Source: Chrysemys picta bellii | Taxonomy: Eukaryota | Length of the DNA stretch: 64,000 nt | Reading direction: 5' to 3' | Assembly: GCF_011386835.1 (NCBI RefSeq) | Contig: NC_088810.1 | Location: 1,612,001 to 1,676,000, forward strand | Shown here: one piece after another, positions 47,182 through 57,062 of the stretch | Layout: each line of letters begins with the position of its first letter | How positions within the stretch are numbered: position 1 is the stretch's first letter | Made by a program: the position numbers and the translations under genes | Notes under the pieces: model-generated | What the model saw: only the letters and a program-made list of their open reading frames with translations | Told to the model about the DNA's origin: nothing | The model's database searches: none

Positions 47182-50100
47182 ATGACCCTGAGACCGTACT
47201 GCACCTGCCGTGGCCAGGGCGAGGGGCTGCTCTTCCGGCAGGTGAGCTCCGGGCACGGGGGCTGCGAGCCAGGACTCCTGGGTTCTATCCCTGGTTCTGG
47301 GAGGGGAGTGGGATCTAGTGGTTAGAGCAGAGAGGGCTGGGAGCCAGGACACCTGGATTATCTCCCTGGCTCGGGGGGGGGGGGAGTGGGGTTTAGGGGT
47401 TAGAGTGAGGCGGGTTGGGAGCCCGGACGCCTGGGTTCTATCCCTGGCTCTGGGAGGAGAGAGGGGTCTGGTGGTGGAAGATGGGTCCCGGACTCCTGAG
47501 TTTTCTCTGTGGGGCTTTGGGAGGGGAGTGGGGTCTAGTGGTGAGAGCTGGGTTCTCTAGACATGAGCGCATACCGTGCAGTTCCATTGCTTGTTGGGTC
47601 CCCAGGGGCCTGACGCGATTATTCCCTCCTGGCTGCGCCGTGGTTACCTGGCCTGTGTGGGCTCCAGGGGGATGCTGGGAGCCCAATAACACAGCTGGGT
47701 GCCGAGCTGGGACGATGGAGCTGCTGGGTAACTCCTGCTGGGCTGATTATATCTGGGAGGGGGAGATTTACCAACCGGCAACTGATGCCATGATGGAGAG
47801 GGGGAGGGAAAGGAATAGAACCCAGGCGTCCTGGCTCCCAGCCTCCCCCCCACTCCAACTACTAGACCCCACTCCCCGCCAGTGCTCACTGGATCTCCCC
47901 TCCACAGCTCTTTGAGCCCGTGAGCTGCACCTACACCTACCTGCTCGCGGACCTGAAGACCAAGGAGGCGGTTCTGATCGACCCGGTTCTGGAGACGGCC
48001 AAGCGGGACGCGGAGCTGGTGAGGGAGCTGGGCCTCAACTTACTGTATGCAGGTGAGAGCAGCTCCCAGGGGGTCTGGATGGGGACAGTCTCGTTGTGGA
48101 AGGGAATGGGGTCAGGGCCTTTCCCCTGTAGGGGGCACAGGCCCCGATCCGGCCCCAGGGCAGGGACTGGCTGGCTAGGCGGGTGGAGAACGGGGAACGG
48201 GGCCTTTCCCCTCTGGGGGGCACCGGCCCCGAATCGGCCCCAGAGCAGGGACTGGCTGGCGCGGGGAATGGGGAACGGGGCCTTTCCGCTCTAGGAGCAC
48301 CGGCCCCGATCCAGCCCCAGGGCAGGGTCTGGCTGACTCAGGGGATGGAGAATGGGGCCTTTCCCCTCTAGGAGCACCGGCCCCGATCCAGCCCCAGGGC
48401 AGGGACTGGCTGGCTCGGCAGGGCGGGAACAGGTCGGGTTCCCGTCTGTAAATCCCTGGTTCTGCTCCGCGCAGCCAACACCCACTGCCACGCCGACCAC
48501 ATCACGGGCACCGGGCTGCTGAAGAAGATGCTGCCCGGCTGCCGCAGCGTGATCTCCCGGGACAGTGGGGCCTTGGCCGACATCCTCATCCACGAGGGCC
48601 ACGCCCTGGAATTCGGGGCCTTCGTAAGTCACCTGGGCACTGGGGCTGGGAGCCCGGACTCCTGGGTTCTCTCCCCGGCTCTGGGAGGGCCGGGGGGGGG
48701 GTCTAGTGATTAGAGCGTGTTTGGCAGGGGAGGGGGCGCTGGGAGCCAGGACTCCTGGGAGGGCAGGGGGTCTAGTGGTTAGAGTGGTGGGGAGGTGGGG
48801 GGAAGGGGAAGTTGGGAGCCCGGACTCCTGGGTTTCTCCCCAGCACTGGGAGCTGAGTGGGGTCAGAACAGGGGAGTTCTCTCCCCGGCTCTGGGAGGGC
48901 AGGTGGGGGGTCTAATGATTAGAGCGTGTTTGGCGGGGGTGGGGGCGCTGAGAGCCAGGACTCCTGGGTCCCATGGAGGGTCATGTCGCTGGCTCCCCGT
49001 GTCTGCAGGCCCTGGAAGCCCGCTCCACCCCCGGACACACGGACGGCTGCCTGACCTACGTGCTCAGTGACAGGACCATGGCCTTCACCGGGGACGCCCT
49101 GCTGATCCGGGGCTGCGGCCGCACCGACTTCCAGCAGGGTGAGGGCGAGCTGGGGTGGGATGGGATGGGGGAGTATGTGTTACCGGGGGGAGGGGTAGTG
49201 AATGGTTACCGTGGAGACAAGATATGGGATATGATGGTGGCCGCCATGGCGATGGGGGACATCTCCAGGTCATGCCCAGCAGTTGCCACAGCGATGAGGA
49301 ACATGGCTGCTGGTTGCCAAGGCGATGGCAGGGTGTGTCTCTGGGGCTCAGCCAGTGGGTGCTGTGGGGATGGTGGGGGTGCCCTGCCAGGGGGTTCGGC
49401 CAGAGGGCGTTGGGGGTGCTGTGCTGGGGGTATGGCAAGAGGGAGCTGGGGTTCCCATGGGGCACTGGGGGGGATGGTGGGGGTGCCCTGCCAGGGGGTT
49501 CGGCCAGAGGGCGTTGGGGGTGCTGTGCTGGGGGGTATGGCAAGAGGGAGCTGGGGTTCCCATGGGGCACTGGAGGGGATGTCGGGGGTGCCATGCCAGG
49601 GGATTGGCTGTGTTCCCCACCCCGTGGTAACCAGGCCCCACTTCTCTCTGCCCCCCAGGCTCCCCGGAGACCCTGTACCGCTCCGTGCACGAGAAAATCT
49701 TCACGCTCCCCGGAGACTGTCTGATCTACCCCGCCCACGACTACACGGGTGAGTCCGAGCGCGGCGCTAGGGGGCGCTGTGCCGCGGGGGGCGGGGGGAG
49801 CTCTCCTGGGCAGGACGGGTGCAAGGATGTTTCGCGCCCTAGGCAAAACTTCCACCTTGCGCCCTCCCCCCTCCCCGAGCCCTCCGGCAGCTCCCTGCTC
49901 CCCCTGCCCTGAGGTGCCCCCCCCCGTGGGAGCTTCCCACCCCCCTCCACCCTGAGGCGCCCCCCCCGTGGCAGCTCCCCATCCCAGCTCACCTCTGCTC
50001 CGCCCCCTCCCCGAGCCCTGCGGCACCTCCCCACCCCCCTCTGCCCTGAGGCGCCCCCCCCCCCGCCCCGCAGCAGCTCCCCCCCACCCCAGGTCACCTC

Positions 50101-51626
50101 TGCTCCGTCCCCTCCCCGAGCCCTGCGTCAGCTCCCCAACCCCCCCTCCACCCTGAGGCACCCCCCCCCGCGGCAGCTCCCGCCCCCGCCCTGAGGCACC
50201 CCGCCTGTGGCAGCTCCCCACCCCCCACTCCACCCAGAGACGCCCCCCCGTGGCTGCTCCCTCCCCCCCGGGGAGCCGTGCGGCAGCTCCCCGCCTCCTC
50301 CCCGAACAGGCCGCCCTCGCTCTAATTCTCCTCCCCTCCCAGGCTCTCGGCGCCAATCAGCTGTTTGGCACCACAAGCCTGGGAGGGAGAGAAGCAGAGC
50401 GGGCGGCGCGCTCAGGGGAGGATGCGGAGCAGAGGTGAGCTGGGGCGGGGAGTTCCCCTGCGTGCCGCCCCCCCCCCCTACTTGCTGCAGGCGGCCCTCC
50501 CCACATCCCCTGCCCCAGCTCCCTCCGCCGAAATGCCGCCGACGACTGGGGTCGCTGCCGAAGAAAATGCCACCCCCCAAATGCTAGCGCCTTAGCCGAC
50601 CGTCTAGGTCGCCTAATGGGTTGCACCGGCCCTGCTCCTGGGGCAGTCAGGGCTGGCCCCGATGCCCCAGCCCGGCGCTAGGGGGCGCTGTGCTCCAGGG
50701 ACCCCCCCCCCCCCCACTGGTGCTGTATCTCACCCGCCCCCTGGCACCCCCTGCAGGCCAGACGGTGTCCACGGTGGAGGAAGAGAGGACCCTGAACCCC
50801 CGACTGACCCAGAGCTGTGAGGCCTTTGTCCAGCTGATGAACAACTTGAACCTGCCTCAGCCCAAGAAAATTGGTGAGGCTGGGAGCCCGGATGCCTGGG
50901 TTATCTCCCAGGGCTGGGAGGGAGGAGGGTTGGTGGGTTAGAGCAGGGGGGGCTGGGAGCCAGGATGCCTGGGTTCTCTCCTGGGGCTGGGAGGAAGGAG
51001 GGTTGGTGGGTTAGAGCAGGGGGGACTGGGAGCCCAGAGACCTGGGTTCTTTCTCTCCTGGGGCTGGGAGGGAGGAGGGTTGGTGGGTTAGAGCAGGGGG
51101 GGCTGGGAGCCAGGATGCCTGGGTTCTCTCCTGGGACTGGGAGGAAGGAGGGTTGGTGGGTTAGAGCAGGGGGGGCTGGGAGCCCAGAGACCTGGGTTCT
51201 CTCCTGGGGCTGGGAGGGAGGAGGGTTGGTGGGTTAGAGCAGCTGGGAGCCAGGAGTCCTGGGTTCTTTCCCTGGGCAAGGAGGGTTGGTGGGTTAGAGC
51301 AGCGGGGGACAGCGAGCCAGGACGCCTGGGTTCTCTCGCCAGCTCTGGGAGGGGAGTGGGGTCTGGTGGGTTACAGTGGGGGGGGGCTGGGAGCCAGGAC
51401 ACCTGGGTTCTCTCCTGGGCTGGAAGGGAGGAGAGTTGGTGTGTTAGAGCAGTGGGGGGCTGGGAGCCAGGACTCCTGGGTTCTGTTCCCAGCTGTGGGC
51501 CGTGGAAGGTGTAGACGAGGCCAGGACCCCTATCACTCTGTCTAACACTTGTCTCTTCTTCTGTCCTTTGCAGATATCGCTGTCCCGGCAAACCTGAAGT
51601 GCGGGATCCAGGATGTGGAGACTTAG
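47182..51626 (+). CDS. ETHE1: Persulfide dioxygenase ETHE1 paralog (copy B), 7 exons, 247 aa, truncated N-terminal presequence
   Basis: Exons 47182-47241, 47908-48052, 48475-48623, 49009-49138, 49659-49748, 50757-50873, 51574-51626; open frame, GT-AG introns, all metal-binding and substrate motifs retained. N-terminus [26 protein letters not shown] at 47122; AATAAA at 52363. Confidence 0.93.
49811..50634. mobile_element. hAT non-autonomous element in ETHE1-B intron 5
   Basis: TIRs CAGGACGGGTGCAA / TTGCACCGGCCCTG; perfect 8-bp TSD CTCCTGGG (49803-10 and 50635-42); absent from copy A. Confidence 0.88.
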
Positions 51627-52404
51627 CCCCACCCTCTTTACTCCAAGGCCACACCCCTCACAACAAGCCCCTCCCACCTCCACATAGGCCATGGCCTCTC
51701 ATTGACCCTTACTAGGATGGAAGGTCCTTTGGCCTGGGGGCTGGGGGGGGGGGCTGTCCCTGACTCTCACTCCAGTCCCCACCTTTAAAGGAAAGCTGGG
51801 ACCTCGGTGGGACTGTGCATCCATTAATGGGGGCAGTTAATGATCATCGACCGTTGCAGGTTCCCTTCCCCCCCCGCCAGCGCCCCCATTCCTCTGACAA
51901 CCCCAGTCTGGCATTAGGGAGTCTGCACCTTCCTCTGCATTGGCTGTCATGTGGGGGTGTCCTGCTGGCCTCCCCTGGGAAGCAAAGCCACCCCCCTCTT
52001 CTCTGAGCTTGGAGTGCGGATAGCAGGGGACCCCAGCCTGCGCTGAGGTCCGAGAGAGACCCTCAACCCCCCATGCCCTGTGTTTGAATAGTGGGGTGCC
52101 CTGTGGGAACCCCACTTGGTTCGGTTAGGTCCCTCCCTCACCCTGCAGCTGAATGGGGGGGAACCCCCACTCCCAGGGGCTCTGGGTTAGTGCTGTTTGC
52201 ACTAGCTAGACTTTCCCCATCTCTGCCCCCGGGTCTCGGGCGAGCCTGGCCCTGGACTCCCCGCTCCGTCGGGGGCCAGGGGAGGGGAAGGGGGCCCTGT
52301 CTGGGAGCGGGGCTGAACCTCAGCGGGGTTTGGAAACGAGCAGCTGCTGCCGCCGCCAAGAAAATAAAATTCTGTTGGACCCATTTGGACTTGATTTCGC
52401 TTCG

Positions 52405-53295
52405 CAAGGCAGGAGGCCGGGGTAGAGGGGCCCGTGGGGCACGGGCAGGGCGGGAGGCTGGGGTAGAGGGGCCCGGGCGGCTCGGGCAGGGCGGGAGGCC
52501 GGGGTAGAGGGGCCCGTTGGGCACGGGCAGGGCGGGAGGCCGGGGTAGAGGGGCCCGGGCGGCTCGGGCAGGGCGGGAGGCCGGGGTAGAGGGCCCGGGC
52601 GGCTCGGGCAGGGCGGGAGGCCGGGGTAGAGGGGCCCGTGGGGCCCGAGTGGCTCGGGCAGGGCGGGAGGCCGGGGTAGAGGGGCCCGGGCGGCCCGGGC
52701 AGGGCGGGAGGCCGGGGTAGAGGGGCCCGTGGGGCACGGGCAGGGCGGGAGGCCGGGGTAGAGGGGCCCGGGCGGCTCGGGCAGGGCGGGAGGCCGGGGT
52801 AGAGGGGCCCGTTGGGCACGGGCAGGGCGGGAGGCCGGGGTAGAGGGGCCCGGGCGGCCCGGGCAGGGCGGGAGGCCGGGGTAGAGGGGCCCGTTGGGCA
52901 CGGGCAGGGCGGGAGGCCGGGGTAGAGGGGCCCGGGCGGCCCGGGCAGGGCGGGAGGCCGGGGTAGAGGGGCCCGGGCGGCCCGGGCAGGGCGGGAGGCC
53001 GGGGTAGAGGGGCCCGTGGGGCACGGGCAGGGCGGGAGGCCGGGGTAGAGGGGCCCGGGCGGCTCGGGCAGGGCGGGAGGCCGGGGTAGAGGGGCCCGGG
53101 CGGCACGGGCAGGGCGGGAGGCCGGGGTAGAGGGGCCCGGGCGGCTCGGGCAGGGCGGGAGGCCGGGGTAGAGGGGCCCGGGCGGCTCGGGCAGGGCGGG
53201 AGGCCGGGGTAGAGGGGCCCGGGCGGCTCGGGCAGGGCGGGAGGCGGGGTAGAGGGGCCCGGGCGGCTCGGGCAGGGCGGGAGGCAGGGGTAGAG
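52405..53295 (+). repeat. 41-bp G-rich VNTR, about 21 copies
   Basis: Unit gggcagggcgggaggccggggtagaggggcccgggcggctc; gtagag recurs at 41-bp spacing (for example 52504 and 52545). Confidence 0.92.
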
Positions 53296-53363
53296 GGGCT
53301 GAGGTTGCAGGGCAGGACCCCAGGCTGGCTGGGGCCATGGGGCCAGCCTCTTACTGTAGTTTC

Positions 53364-53378
53364 CCACCAGGGGGCGCT
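53364..53378 (+). promoter_or_regulatory. CTCF-like site downstream of ETHE1-B
   Basis: CCACCAGGGGGCGCT; paralogous to 39402-39416. Confidence 0.55.
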
Positions 53379-56009
53379 GCTCCCTCACTCTTTCCCCAGC
53401 CTATTCTCCGGCTTTGCAGCTGGGGGGTCGTGGGTGCTCTCCTCACCCACGCCCGCAGGCCCCCTCGACTCCCCCCTAGGAACAGCCGTGGGCGCCTACA
53501 CGTGGCCTTGGCCCAAAGAACGGTGAGAGGGAAGGAAAATCGGCTTCCATCCCTCCCCGCACCCCACAGAGCCAAACTTTTCCCCCATCCTTCCTACTAG
53601 TTCTTCCCTCTTCCCTTCCCTCCTCTGCACAGCCACAGCATCCCGCTTCAAAAAGGGACCCCCACCCCTCGGTCTGTCCCCACCCACCCTGACCACCGCA
53701 AACAGGCCCAGCCAGCCGGACACCACCCCAGAGCCAGGCGCAATGCTGGCGGGGCTCCGTCCCAGCTGGAGTGGGAAAGGTCTTTCTGCCTGGTGAACTC
53801 CATGGGGCTGGGATAGAGCCAGCCCCAGACACCCCCTCCAATAAGGGGTGCTGCCCCTTTAAGGCTACAGCCCTGGCAGAAAGGAATTGTGGGTGATGTA
53901 GTCCCCAGGGTTGTAGGCTGGGCAGTGAGGCATGCTGGGAAGGGGGCAGGGCTATAAAAGGGCTCCTTTTGCTGTTACCTAGCAAGAGGAGGGGTTGTGC
54001 AGAGATTGAGGGAGTTTTCTGGGGCTCCCTGCCTTGCTCTGTGGGGTTCCTCAGGCAGCCAGGGGCTGAGAGGGCAGCACTAGTGACCCCAATGGCTCTG
54101 GCTTGGGGTGGGGAGACAGCTGATTGCAGGATTCTCTGCTGGTGCTTTCAGCCCAGGATCTCAAAGCAATTAATGGGGGTTAATTAGTTGAGCCTCATAA
54201 ACTCTTTTGCCCTGGGGAGTGGAGTCAGGATCCTCATTCCTGTTACACAGTGAGGGAAACTGAGGCATGGAGGTGGGACATCTGGGCAGGACAGCTGCCA
54301 CCATCCCCCACTGCTCAAACCCACTAGATCCCACTCCTCTCCCAGAGATAGGAGAGAACCCAGGAGTCCTCGCTCCCAGGCCCCACTACTCTAGCTACTA
54401 GACCCCACTCCCCTCCCAGAGCCAGGGAGAGAACCCAGAAGTCCTGTCTCCCAGCCTGCTACTGGCCTATGCTGACTGTTCCCACATGAACGCTGGAATC
54501 CCACAGGCCAATGGTGGATTTGAACAAGCCCCTGGGGCCCCCGCTCGTGGGCCTGTCAGCTAGGGAAGGGGTAGGGGGAAGACAGAGGTCTGGGGCCAAT
54601 TAACCCTTCAATGGCTGCCTGCCCTGCCCCCTCTGCTCCCCTGCGCTGACCTCCAGGGAGCAGCTCTCCTTATCAGGGCCTGTGAACTTTGCACCCAGCT
54701 CTGGGGTGTTTTGGGGCCGTTACTTAGGTCCAGCCGGTCTGGTGACAGAGCGGCTGGGGGATGTACGGAGAGAAGGGATAGCCCTGAACAAGGGGGGCTG
54801 GCTGGCTCTGGGGGGTGTGGGACCCTTCCCCTATAGGGGGGTTGGCTCCCATCTGTGCCCAAGGTGAGAACTGGCTGGTTCCAGGGGGGCAGAGCGTGGG
54901 GTCACGGGGCCTTTCGAATTAACCCTTTTTTTTTAAACTGTTTCTGGTTTTCAAACCCGACCTGCTGCAGCGCCCTGCCCGGCTCTCGTGGGAACAAAGT
55001 TCCCAAGGGAAACTCCCGCCAGGTAAATTTGGGTGTCAGCCGGCAGGACTCAGCCTGTCTCAATCTGCCAGGCCCGGGGGAGACAAACTGGTTTCTCTTA
55101 CGGATGTCGGACTCCTCCCTGGGAGCCTTGTCCCAGAGCCAAGGATGGAACCCAGGAGTCCTGGCTCCCAGCCCCCCCTGTAGTTAACTCCTGCCTAGCA
55201 GGGGAAGAGTCACCCCACTCCCTGGGGTGGAGTGATCAACCTGCTCCTAGGCAGGGAAACTGAGGCACAGACTGGTGAAAGAACCTGTCCAGTCTGAGTC
55301 CTGGCTCCCACCCCCCCGCTCTAACCACCAGCCCCCACTTGCCTCCCAGAGCCTCAGAGATGGATGGGTCTGAGTTCTTGGCCCAGGGGTGGTTACATAA
55401 GGGCAGAAAGTCCCAGCCCAGACCTCGTGCAGGGCTCTGGCTCTCGGTTTAACTGCTCAACTTCCCCTGCTTGTGACCCGCACCCGGCCTGCCTCGGAGG
55501 GGGGCTGGGAGCCAGGACGCCTGGGTTCTCTCCCCGGCTCTGGGAGGGGAACGGGGGCTGGTGGTTAGAGCAGGGGGCTGGGAACCAGGACTCCTGGGTT
55601 CTCTCCCTAGCTCTGGGAGGGGAGTGGGGGCTGGTGGTTAGAGCAGGGGGCTGGGAGCCGGGACGCCTGGGTTCTCTCCCCAGCTCTGGGAGGGGAGTGG
55701 GGGCTAGTGGTTAGAGGAGGGGGGCTGGGAGCCAGGACTCCTGGGTTCTCTCCCCGGCTCTGGGAGGGGAGTGGGGGCTGGTGGTTAGAGCAGAGGGGCT
55801 GGGAGCCAGGACTCCTGGGTTCTCTCCCTGGCTCTGGGAGGGGAGTGGGGGCTGGTGGTTAGAGCAGGGGGGCTGGGAGCCAGGACGCCTGGGTTCTCGG
55901 GCTGTGGCTGGCCCTGACGTGCCCTCCCCTCCCGGGCGCTGATGTCACAGGTGGTGTGTTTCCAAGCTCGGGCTGGAAAACGAGTTTGAGCAGCCGCTGC
56001 CACCCCCCC

Positions 56010-56065
56010 CCCCCCACGCCGGGACCGGAGCCGGACGCGCGGGCAGGGGAGCCCCGGGGCGGCCG
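56010..56065 (+). other. Probable non-coding first exon and CpG promoter of PHLDB3
   Basis: CpG-rich patch ending in CCG|GTGAGC; the start coordinate is approximate. Confidence 0.45.
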
Positions 56066-56477
56066 GTGAGCGGGGCTGGGGCGGGGGTCCCGGAGCGCAG
56101 CGGCCGTCACCTGGCCGGGGGGGGGGGGGCGGAGTTGGGGGGGGGTGGGAAAAAACCGAGGGAGAAAGAGAGAAAGAGAAACAGAAAGAGGCCGGGGGGA
56201 GGTTTGGCTCGTGACCTTCCCCCCATGGCTCGCCTGACCCTGCTTCTCTTCCCCAGTTCCCACAGCAACTCCCGGACACCTGGGTTCTGCCTGCGTCCTG
56301 GGAGCAGAGGGAGGAGGGGCCTGGAGAAATCCAGGGATCGCCCCCCCCCCCACGGATTGCGGGGTGAGTGGTGCCGGGCCCGGGGCTGTGGCCCTCATTG
56401 GGGGGGGGGTGTTCATGAAGGGAGAGCCCCTCGATTGATTGCTGGGCTGATTAATGGAAAGAATGGGGGCCCGGGAG

Positions 56478-57062
56478 CCAGGACTCCTGGGTTCTCTCCC
56501 CGGCTCTGGGAGGGGAGTGGGATCTAGTGGTTAGAGTGGGGGGGCTGGGAGCCAGGACTCCTGGGTTCTCTCCCCGGCTCTGGGAGGGGAGTGGGGGCTG
56601 GTGGGTTAGAGCAGGGGGCCCGGGAGCCAGGACTCCTGGGTTCTCTCCCCGGCTCTGGGAGGGGAGTGGGATCTAGTGGTTAGAGTGGGGGGGGGGGCTG
56701 GAAGCCAGGACTCCTGGGTTCTCTCCCCGGCTCTGGGAGGGGAGTGGGATCTAGTGGTTAGAGTGGGGGGGGCTGGAAGCCAGGACTCCTGGGTTCTCTC
56801 CCCGGCTCTGGGAGGGGAGTGGGATCTAGTGGTTAGAGTGGGGCGGGGGGCTGGAAGCCAGGACTCCTGGGTTCTCTCCCCGGCTCTGGGAGGGGAGTGG
56901 GATCTAGTGGTTAGAGTGGGGGGGCTGGAAGCCAGGACTCCTGGGTTCTCTCCCCGGCTCTGGGAGGGGAGTGGGATCTAGTGGTTAGAGTGGGGGGGGG
57001 GCTGGAAGCCAGGACTCCTGGGTTCTCTCCCTGGCTCTGGGAGGGGAGTGGGATCTAGTGGT
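56478..57062 (+). repeat. ~72-bp minisatellite, about 8 copies, PHLDB3 5' intron
   Basis: Tandem ggagccaggactcctgggttctctccccggctctgggaggggagtgggatctagtggttagagt. Confidence 0.9.

Noticed and set aside
51574-51626. Peroxisomal retargeting of ETHE1 copy B
   Set aside because: The C-terminus is QDVET, not a PTS1 (SKL-like) signal.
52138-53388. Long Pro-rich ORFs here and at 6568-7473, 14855-16024, 30457-31467 and 49085-50356
   Set aside because: They are translations of GC-rich tandem repeats or MITEs that lack stop codons by composition; they have no domain signature or splice context.
33000-54500. The ETHE1 duplication as a haplotype or assembly artefact
   Set aside because: The flanks, exon 1 and exon 7 are far too diverged for alleles, and each unit has its own TE insertions, some with intact TSDs.
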